This document shows, in pieces, positions 26,398 through 33,605 of a stretch of 64,000 bases of DNA. The notes under the pieces were generated by a model, which saw nothing but the letters and a program-made list of their open reading frames with translations, had not been told where the DNA came from and ran no database searches. Positions within the stretch are counted from its first letter, which is position 1, and every line of letters starts with the position of its first letter. Where the stretch lies: assembly GCA_050260395.1 (NCBI GenBank), contig JBLNCC010000076.1:26605-90604 (forward strand), read 5' to 3'. This DNA is from Betaproteobacteria bacterium (GTDB lineage: Bacteria; Bacillota; SHA-98; UBA4971). The translations under genes were made by a program, and so were the position numbers.

Positions 26398-26592
26398 CTA
26401 TCTCCCGATCTGCCTGGCCATGAGCTCCTCGGCCTTCTGGATGAGGCCTCGGACTATGAGCCCGGCTTCTCGCGTGGTGATGTTGCCATAGTCGTACACG
26501 CCATTGTCCACGTGGATCTTCTCGGCGAAGCCGAGTTCCCGCGCGATCTCGTACTTCACCTCGTCCGAGACAATGCTGCGATTTCGACCCAT
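26398..26592 (-). CDS. sspF: Small acid-soluble spore protein, SspF-like minor alpha/beta type (64 aa)
   Basis: MGRNRSIVSDEVKYEIARELGF...TTREAGLIVRGLIQKAEELMARQ closely parallels B. subtilis SspF as I remember it (MGRRRGVMSDEFKYELAKDLGF...ARDAGNMVKRAIEIAEQ). ATG 26592 follows GGAGGTGG. The hairpin AGGGGC/GCCCCT (26384..26399) overlaps the stop. Confidence 0.8.
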   Translation of the reverse strand: MGRNRSIVSDEVKYEIARELGFAEKIHVDNGVYDYGNITTREAGLIVRGLIQKAEELMARQIGR

Positions 26593-26767
26593 AGCTCCAC
26601 CTCCAGCGTTAGTGTCCCCCCGCTTCAATCGGAAGATGTCAGGGTCTATTTGGGGCGCTCGCCTTCAGCCACCGTCAGCCCGTCGGTCAAATCCGTCGGA
26701 ACGGACCGCCTGCGCTCCGAGCTCGACCTCCCCGAAAGCCAGCAAAGCGCTCCCGCCGCCGACCCGA

Positions 26768-26900
26768 TGACGAACGGTGTCCGTGGGTGCGGCGAAAGAA
26801 ATACATGGATGTGAGCAAATTTTGCTCGTGCGGCGAAGGTGAGCGGCGACCGGCTCTCTCCATTTCCAATGTGCTGCGCGGTTCCTGTCGAACGGTGTCC
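26768..26900 (+). promoter_or_regulatory. Repeat/palindrome array with Spo0A-box cores upstream of flgB
   Basis: The elements are TGACGAACGGTGTCC (26768..26782), GTGCGGCGAA (26787..26796), the palindrome GAGCAAATTTTGCTC (26813..26827), GTGCGGCGAA (26828..26837) and TGTCGAACGGTGTCC (26886..26900). Confidence 0.45.
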
Positions 26901-27004
26901 TCGTTTGAACTGGCATCACAATTGCTAGTCAAGCAAGTGAGTCCATGTCTCTTCGTGTTCCCGCACGGCTGAGGCCGCGCGGAGACGGGAACTGGAGGGA
27001 GATC

Positions 27005-27364
27005 ATGAAGCCCGTTCTTGGGGACAACACCCTGACGATGCTGTCGAAAGCCCTCGACGCGCTGTCTCTTCGACAGGAAGTGATAGCGGACAACATCGCC
27101 AACGTCAACACGCCTGGCTTCAAGGCCAAGTACGTGAGGTTTGAGGAAGAGCTCAAAGCGGCCGTTTCCCGCGGGGATCCCGCATCGTTTCAGCCGGTCA
27201 TCGAAGAGGACCAGCTTGCGGTGAGGGCTGATGGCAACAGCGTGGATATCGACCTCGAAATGGCGCGCCTGGCCGAGACCAGCATCATGTACAGTGCCAT
27301 CTCACAGCTGGTCTCGAGCCGATTCAGCTTGCTCAAGTATGTCATCAGTGAGGGGAGGCGGTAA
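27005..27364 (+). CDS. flgB: Flagellar basal-body rod protein FlgB
   Basis: LSLRQEVIADNIANVNTPGFK. It is the first gene of the cluster. ATG 27005 follows GGAGGGAG. Confidence 0.93.
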   Translation: MKPVLGDNTLTMLSKALDALSLRQEVIADNIANVNTPGFKAKYVRFEEELKAAVSRGDPASFQPVIEEDQLAVRADGNSVDIDLEMARLAETSIMYSAISQLVSSRFSLLKYVISEGRR

Positions 27365-27367
27365 CGC

Positions 27368-27838
27368 ATGGGCATCTTCTCCTCCTTCAGGATAAGCGCA
27401 ACCGGGCTTGCCGCTGAGCGTCTGAGGATGGATGTGATTGCCAACAATATCGCGAACGTCAACACCACGCGCACGGAGGACGGACGCCCCTACAGAAGAC
27501 ACGAGGTTGTCTTCCGCGCGCTCGAGGCCGGGTCCGGCGGCGGGAACGAGGCGGCGGGCGTGAGCGGCCGTGTCGGGGCGGGACTGTCTGCTTCCGAAGC
27601 ACCTGGCCGGGGCGTCGCCGTGGTTGCGATAGTGGAGGATCCGTCTCCGCCGCGGATGGTGTACGATCCGGGCCACCCGGATGCGGACGCCCAGGGCTAC
27701 GTGGCGATGCCCAATGTTGACCCTGTGAGAGAGCTCGTGGACATGATATCGGCTACGAGAGCCTACGAGGCCAACGTTACCGCCCTCGACGCTGCGAAGA
27801 CGATGGCCATGAAGGCGCTGGACATAGGCAGAGCTTAA
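27368..27838 (+). CDS. flgC: Flagellar basal-body rod protein FlgC
   Basis: SATGLAAERLRMDVIANNIANVNTTRT and the C-terminal VDMISATRAYEANV. Confidence 0.95.
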   Translation: MGIFSSFRISATGLAAERLRMDVIANNIANVNTTRTEDGRPYRRHEVVFRALEAGSGGGNEAAGVSGRVGAGLSASEAPGRGVAVVAIVEDPSPPRMVYDPGHPDADAQGYVAMPNVDPVRELVDMISATRAYEANVTALDAAKTMAMKALDIGRA

Positions 27839-27874
27839 GAGAACAGGGGTCGGCCCTGAAGACGGGGTGGTGCG

Positions 27875-28177
27875 ATGGATATCAAGGTCAGCTCAACGCT
27901 GAGGAAGACCCTCGACGAGCTCAGCCGCAGCGGGGCGACGGGTGCCCAGGCTACCCTTGAGGACTTCAAGGAGATGCTCGATAGCGCGATCGATACCGTC
28001 AACAACCTTCAGAGGAACGCTGACAAGCTCACTCAGCAGCTTGCCACCGGCGAGCTCAAGGACCTCCACCAGGTCATGATCGCGGTCGAAGAGGTCAACG
28101 TCGCACTGCAGCTCACGATGCAGATAAGGAACAAGATCGTCGAAGCCTACCAGGAAGTCATGAGGATGCAGGTGTAA
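27875..28177 (+). CDS. fliE: Flagellar hook-basal body complex protein FliE
   Basis: 100 aa, with LHQVMIAVEEVNVALQLTMQIRNKIVEAYQEVMRMQV. Confidence 0.92.
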   Translation: MDIKVSSTLRKTLDELSRSGATGAQATLEDFKEMLDSAIDTVNNLQRNADKLTQQLATGELKDLHQVMIAVEEVNVALQLTMQIRNKIVEAYQEVMRMQV

Positions 28178-28180
28178 GCC

Positions 28181-29995
28181 ATGGCAGCCATCGGGCAGAA
28201 TCTCGGGCGCCAGACGCGCTCGCTGTGGGACCAGATGACATCCGGCCAGAAACTCATGGTCCTCCTGGCGGTCGCCCTCGGGGTGGTCGCCATGGTCCTT
28301 CTTTTGAGCAGGGCAGGCAAAACGGAGATGGTGGCGCTCTATACGAACCTTTCGGCGAGCGACGCTGCGGACATCGTGGCCAAGCTGCGGGAGATGAACG
28401 TTCCCTACGAGATCTCCGACGGCGGGACGACCATCATGGTGCCGGTCTCCGATGTGTACGAGACGCGCATGAGCCTGGCGAGCCAGGGATTGCCCAAAGG
28501 CGGCACCGTAGGATTCGAGATATTCGACAAGACGAGTTTCGGCGTTACCGAGTTCACCCAAAAGATGAATTACCAGCGGGCGCTCCAAGGCGAGCTTACC
28601 CGCACCATACTGCAGCTCCGGGAGGTCGAGGACGCGCGGGTTCACATCGCCATACCGGAGCCCGAACTGTACACCGACGAGCAAAAGCCGCCCACGGCCT
28701 CGGTCATGGTGAAACTGCGTAGCGGCGCAACGTTGACCAGGGGACAGGTACAGGGGATCGTGAGGCTGGTCTCGTCGAGCGTCGAAGGACTGAGCCCCAG
28801 CAACGTGACGGTGCTGGATGTGGACGGGAACATTCTTTACGCCGCGAGCGACGATTCCGACGCGGGGATGGCAACGTCGCTTACGCTCACCCAGCTTGAG
28901 GCGAAGAGGGCTTACGAAAAGGATCTCGAGAAGAGCGTTGAGAGCATGCTTACAGAGGTGCTCGGGCCGCGGAAAGTCGTGGTGCGCGTGAACGCCGAGA
29001 TCAACTTCGACCGCCGGGAGCAGAACAGCGAGCTCTTCCAGCCCATGCCCACGGGGCTTGGGGTGATCCGCGAGCAGACGAAGGTTCACGAGGTTAGCTC
29101 GACCTCGTCCGCGGCGGCCGCCGGGGTGCCGGGCACCGCGTCCAACGTGGACGCGGCGGGCACATCCGGGGTCGCGCCCGGCACGCTCCAGAGCCAGACG
29201 CAAGTACAGACGGGCGCCCAAGCTCCGGCTGCCGGCGCCGGCGGAGTCTCCGCGGTTGGCGCGGTCGCTGGAGCGACGGCGGGTACATCCGACACCAGCG
29301 TGGCGCTTGACGGCACCCAGGCGGTTGCGGGCGGCGTTTACCGCACTGGGCAACGCCCCGGCGAGGTGAGCGGCGAGGAGAGGTCCGAGGAGACCACGCG
29401 GTACGAGATATCACGGGTGGTCGAACACACGGTCAAGGCTCCCGGCGAGGTGAAGAGGCTGTCGGTGGCGGCCATAGTGGCCGCCCCGTTAAGCGACGCT
29501 CAACTGCAGGCCATCACAAGATCGGTGGGCGCGGCGGTGGGAATCGACCCTGCCAGGGGCGACTCGCTTATCGTGGAGCCCATGGAGTTCGGGGCGCCGC
29601 TCGCCGCAGAGGCCGAGGCAACGGGGGCCGCGGGCGAGAAGGGGGCGAAGGCGCCTCTCAACGTCGGCGAGGTGCTCATGGCCAACATAGAGTACATCCT
29701 CGCGGGGATAATCGCGCTTTTCCTCATCGGGTTCGTGATATCCGTGGTGCGTGAGAGAAGGCCTGCCCAGCCTACTTCAGTGCCCGTCGCGGCGACGCCC
29801 ACCCTCGCGCCTGTGCCTGGGGTCGGAGGAGCCGGGCCTGCGGCACCGCCGCTGGCGGCCGCGGGCGAAGAGACGGAGGGTCAGAGGGCGAGCCAGCCTG
29901 CGCGGACGTCGCAGGAGCTTCCCTTGCGCCCCGCGCCAGCGGCTGAGACGGCCGCAAGGGTGATATCCGGGTGGATGGACGAGGACAAGAGGTGA
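28181..29995 (+). CDS. fliF: Flagellar M-ring protein FliF (604 aa, with Ala/Gly/Thr-rich insertion)
   Basis: The N-terminal TM segment, YTNLSASDAADIVAKLREMNVPYEI, and MNYQRALQGELTRTI. Confidence 0.93.
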   Translation: MAAIGQNLGRQTRSLWDQMTSGQKLMVLLAVALGVVAMVLLLSRAGKTEMVALYTNLSASDAADIVAKLREMNVPYEISDGGTTIMVPVSDVYETRMSLASQGLPKGGTVGFEIFDKTSFGVTEFTQKMNYQRALQGELTRTILQLREVEDARVHIAIPEPELYTDEQKPPTASVMVKLRSGATLTRGQVQGIVRLVSSSVEGLSPSNVTVLDVDGNILYAASDDSDAGMATSLTLTQLEAKRAYEKDLEKSVESMLTEVLGPRKVVVRVNAEINFDRREQNSELFQPMPTGLGVIREQTKVHEVSSTSSAAAAGVPGTASNVDAAGTSGVAPGTLQSQTQVQTGAQAPAAGAGGVSAVGAVAGATAGTSDTSVALDGTQAVAGGVYRTGQRPGEVSGEERSEETTRYEISRVVEHTVKAPGEVKRLSVAAIVAAPLSDAQLQAITRSVGAAVGIDPARGDSLIVEPMEFGAPLAAEAEATGAAGEKGAKAPLNVGEVLMANIEYILAGIIALFLIGFVISVVRERRPAQPTSVPVAATPTLAPVPGVGGAGPAAPPLAAAGEETEGQRASQPARTSQELPLRPAPAAETAARVISGWMDEDKR

Positions 29996-30001
29996 CCGGC
30001 C

Positions 30002-31009
30002 TTGGCGCCAGCCACTGAACTCAGCGGAAAGAGAAAGGCAGCCATAGCTCTCGTGGCTCTTGGGTCGGAGATGTCGGCGGAGGTGTTCAAGTACCTCGAC
30101 GAGGCCAAGATCGAGCAGCTTACTCTCGAGATCGCGAGCCTCGGCAACGTGCCGCCCGAGATCCGCAGGCAAGTTCTGGATGAATTCTACGAGAAATGTG
30201 AAGCTCAAGAGTATGCCACAGGCGGCATCGATTACGTGAAGCAGGTACTGGAGCGTGCCCTCGGCCCGCACCGCGCCGCCGAGATCATCGAGAAGATAAC
30301 CGCGTCGCTCCAGGAGAAGCCGTTCAGCTTCGCCCGACAAGTTGATCCGGCCCAGCTCGTGAACTTCATCGAGAACGAGCACCCTCAGACCATCGCGCTC
30401 ATCCTGGCTTACCTTCGTCCAGAGCAGGCTGCGGTGGTGCTCTCAGCGCTCCCCCAGGGGCTTCAGACCGAGGTGGCCGTGCGGCTCGCCGAGATGGACA
30501 GGACCGCTCCGGAGGTAGTCGCCCAGGTGGAGAAGGTCCTCGAGAGCCGGCTCTATTCCATCGGCGGCCAGAGCTACAATTTCGCGGGGGGCACGAAGGC
30601 CCTCGTGGACGTGCTGAACCGCGTGGACCGGGGAACTGAGAAGACCATCCTCGAGGAATTGGAGGAACAAAACCCGGCGCTGGCTGAGGAGGTCAAGAAC
30701 CTCATGTTCGTGTTCGAGGACATCACTCTCCTCGACGACCGGGCGATACAGACGTTCCTCAAGGAGATCGACACGAAAGACCTCGCGCTCGCACTCAAAG
30801 CCGCAAGCGAAGAGGTCAAAAAGAGAATCTTCAGCAACATGTCGGAGCGCGCCGCGGAGATGCTGCGCGAGGATATGGAGTTTATGGGGCCCGTGCGCCT
30901 GAGAGTGGTGGAAGAGGCCCAGCAACGGATAGTCACCGTCATCCGCAGGCTCGAGGAAGCGGGTGATATCGTCATCGCTAGAAGCGCGGAGGACGAGGTC
31001 CTTGTCTAG
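30002..31009 (+). CDS. fliG: Flagellar motor switch protein FliG
   Basis: GKRKAAIALVALGSEMSAEVFKYL and the C-terminal MSERAAEMLREDMEFMGPVRL. Confidence 0.96.
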   Translation: MAPATELSGKRKAAIALVALGSEMSAEVFKYLDEAKIEQLTLEIASLGNVPPEIRRQVLDEFYEKCEAQEYATGGIDYVKQVLERALGPHRAAEIIEKITASLQEKPFSFARQVDPAQLVNFIENEHPQTIALILAYLRPEQAAVVLSALPQGLQTEVAVRLAEMDRTAPEVVAQVEKVLESRLYSIGGQSYNFAGGTKALVDVLNRVDRGTEKTILEELEEQNPALAEEVKNLMFVFEDITLLDDRAIQTFLKEIDTKDLALALKAASEEVKKRIFSNMSERAAEMLREDMEFMGPVRLRVVEEAQQRIVTVIRRLEEAGDIVIARSAEDEVLV

Positions 31010-31745
31010 GATCATCAAGGCACAGGAAGTTCGGAAAAACCCGGCCCTCATTGGCGACAAAAGGCTGGAAGCCTTCCTCGGCACGCTGTCTGGGCCCAAG
31101 GCCTCTGCGCGGGGAGGCGGGCGCACGCCGGAGGACGCGGAGGACGATCCCGCCATGCTTGCCCGCTCCATCATCGAGCGGGCGGAGCTGGCCGCCAGGG
31201 CCAGGCTTGAGGAGGCGGAGCGCGAGCGCGCCCGGATCCTGAAAGAGGCGTACGACAAGGGCTACGAGGAAGGGCGCGCGGAAGGCGCGGCGAGGGTGAC
31301 CGAGCACGCGCGGGACCTTCTAGAGTACCTGGAGACCCTTGCGCGAGGGGTGGCACAGGCTACGGAGAGCGCCGTCAGAGCGGCGGAGGACACGGTGGCG
31401 CAGCTCGCCATCGAGGTGGCTGAGAAAATCCTGAAACACGAGGTGTCGCTGGATGGGTCGGTCGTCCTCGGGATGGTGCGGGAGTCCGTGGAGAAGGCGA
31501 AGGCCGGGGGTCCTATCAAGATCAGGGTGAGCGCGTGGGACCTCGACCGGGTGAAGGACTTCCGCGATGAGATCATGAGGATCGCTGATGACGTCACGTC
31601 CATCGAGATCGTGGAGGATCCCAGGGTGGAGCCTGGCGGATGCATCGTGGAGACGGATTTCGGGTCGGTGGACGCGCGGCTTGGAACTCAGCTGCGCGAG
31701 GTGAGGAGGGCTTTCTTTGGCAACGGCGATGCCGCTCCTAACTGA
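31002..31745 (+). CDS. fliH: Flagellar assembly protein FliH
   Basis: TTG 31002 overlaps the fliG stop. It has a coiled-coil Glu/Ala-rich N-terminal half and the C-terminal GGCIVETDFGSVDARLGTQL. The track start is 30963. Confidence 0.85.
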   Translation: MSRIIKAQEVRKNPALIGDKRLEAFLGTLSGPKASARGGGRTPEDAEDDPAMLARSIIERAELAARARLEEAERERARILKEAYDKGYEEGRAEGAARVTEHARDLLEYLETLARGVAQATESAVRAAEDTVAQLAIEVAEKILKHEVSLDGSVVLGMVRESVEKAKAGGPIKIRVSAWDLDRVKDFRDEIMRIADDVTSIEIVEDPRVEPGGCIVETDFGSVDARLGTQLREVRRAFFGNGDAAPN

Positions 31746-33102
31746 ACCCGCCGTGCCTTGCGTTACGCCCTACGAGGGCGGAGTTGGAACCGGCGTGGAT
31801 ATATCGAGATTCCAGGCGGCCATCAGGGCGTGCGACCCGCTCAGGGTGAGCGGCAGGGTCGTGCAGGTCATTGGGCTTGTGGTGGAGTCCATGGGCCCGC
31901 CCGCGCACGTGGGCGAGGTCTGCCGAATCTACACGAGAAGACAAAGGATGCCGGTCGAGGCGGAGGTCGTGGGCTTCAGGGAGGGCAAGACGCTCCTTAT
32001 GGTCCTCGGCGATAGGAATGGCATCGAACCGGGGAGCGAGGTCGTGGCGAGCGGGCGTGAGGCCATGGCTCCGGTGGGCGAGGGGCTTCTCGGGCGCGTC
32101 ATCGATGGCCTCGGCCGGCCGATAGACGGGAAACCTCCTATAAACGCGGAGGCTGAGTACCCTCTCGTCAACTCGCCTCCCCCGCCGCTCCAGCGGGCGA
32201 GGATCTCGGAGCCTCTCGCGCTGGGCGTGCGGGCGGTCGATTCGGCGATCACGTGCGGCAAAGGGCAGAGGCTCGGGATCTTCGCGGGGAGCGGCGTCGG
32301 CAAGAGCACGCTGCTGGGCATGTTCGCCAGGAACACCTCCGCCGACGTGAACGTGATAGCGCTGGTCGGGGAGAGGGGTCGTGAGGTCCGCGAGTTCATC
32401 GAGAAGGACCTGGGCTCCGAGGGCCTCAGGCGGTCGGTGGTGGTCGTTGCCACGTCGGATCAGGCAAGCCTCGTGCGGCTCAAGGGAGCCTTGCTTGCAA
32501 CCGCCATCGCGGAATACTTCCGCGACAGCGGGCGGGACGTGCTGCTAATGATGGATTCCCTGACTCGCCTTGCCATGGCCCAGCGCGAGGTGGGCCTGGC
32601 CATCGGAGAGCCGCCGACGACCCGGGGTTACACCCCGTCGGTGTTCTCCATGATGCCGAGATTGCTGGAACGCGCTGGGAACTCGTCGTCGGGCAGCATC
32701 ACAGGCCTCTATACGGTTCTAGTGGAGGCCGACGATATGAACGAGCCCGTGGCCGACGCGGCGCGGAGCATTCTCGACGGCCACATCGTCCTGTCGCGGG
32801 AACTCGCGACGCTGAACCACTATCCGGCGATAGACGTGCTCGCCAGCGTGAGCAGGGTGATGGTTGATGTCGCCGACGAGGCGCACGTAAGAGCGGCTGC
32901 GAAGATGCGCGAGGCACTCAGCATATACAGGGAAGCCGCGGACCTCATAAACATCGGGGCCTACGTGCCCGGGAGCAACCCGAAGATCGACTGGGCCATG
33001 ACGATGATCGACAACATAAACGCCTTCCTGAAACAGGGGATCAACGAGAAGGCGGATTATAAAGAGACCGTTTCGAGACTGCGAAGCATGTTCGAACGAT
33101 GA
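31717..33102 (+). CDS. fliI: Flagellum-specific ATPase FliI
   Basis: Walker A motif GSGVGKST, plus MMDSLTRLAMAQREVGL and NHYPAIDVLASVSR. Confidence 0.97.
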   Translation: MATAMPLLTEPAVPCVTPYEGGVGTGVDISRFQAAIRACDPLRVSGRVVQVIGLVVESMGPPAHVGEVCRIYTRRQRMPVEAEVVGFREGKTLLMVLGDRNGIEPGSEVVASGREAMAPVGEGLLGRVIDGLGRPIDGKPPINAEAEYPLVNSPPPPLQRARISEPLALGVRAVDSAITCGKGQRLGIFAGSGVGKSTLLGMFARNTSADVNVIALVGERGREVREFIEKDLGSEGLRRSVVVVATSDQASLVRLKGALLATAIAEYFRDSGRDVLLMMDSLTRLAMAQREVGLAIGEPPTTRGYTPSVFSMMPRLLERAGNSSSGSITGLYTVLVEADDMNEPVADAARSILDGHIVLSRELATLNHYPAIDVLASVSRVMVDVADEAHVRAAAKMREALSIYREAADLINIGAYVPGSNPKIDWAMTMIDNINAFLKQGINEKADYKETVSRLRSMFER

Positions 33103-33605
33103 AGAGATTCAAGTTTCGCCTGCAGAAATTGCTGGAAGTGAGGCGGCTGAAGGAGGACGCGCTCCGGCAGGAGCTCGCGCGAGCTCAGGAAGCGGTCCGG
33201 CGCGAGAAGGCCGTCCTCGAAAGGCTCACGGCCGCTCGTGGCGCAACCATTGATGCTCTGCGGGCGAACGTCGGCGGCGCTCTGGACGTCCAATGGATCG
33301 CCGCTTACCACGGTTATCTCGGGTTTCTGGCCCGTCGCATCGAGGAGCAACGGGCGGTCGTAGACCGCGCGGCCCGGGAGGAGGCCCGAAAGCGGGAGGC
33401 GCTCATCGCCGCGCGGTGCGCGCGCAAAGTCGTCGAGAAGCTGAGAGAGCGAGCGTACGCGCGCTACCGTGAGGAGGTCGCCCGGGCGGAGCAGGCATTC
33501 CTCGATGAGGTGGGGACCATGAGATACGCGAGGAAAGGAGGTGAGGATCTGAGTGGACATGCTGTTTTCCATATGCTTGGACGAGGCGCAGGTGATCGGT
33601 CCTGA
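33099..33605 (+). CDS. fliJ: Flagellar export chaperone FliJ
   Basis: MKRFKFRLQKLLEVRRLKEDALRQELARAQ is the typical FliJ coiled-coil start. It overlaps the fliI stop (ATGA). Confidence 0.85.
   Translation: MKRFKFRLQKLLEVRRLKEDALRQELARAQEAVRREKAVLERLTAARGATIDALRANVGGALDVQWIAAYHGYLGFLARRIEEQRAVVDRAAREEARKREALIAARCARKVVEKLRERAYARYREEVARAEQAFLDEVGTMRYARKGGEDLSGHAVFHMLGRGAGDRS

Noticed and set aside
26629-27004. A possible c-di-GMP riboswitch or invertible switch upstream of flgB, as in Clostridioides difficile.
   Set aside because: The region contains CGAAAGCC and GCAAAGC, but not the GEMM-I arrangement (GGCAAAC-hairpin-GAAA-hairpin-GGGACGCAAAGCC). The bases around GAAA do not pair. The repeats present are direct, not the inverted repeats needed for a recombinase switch.
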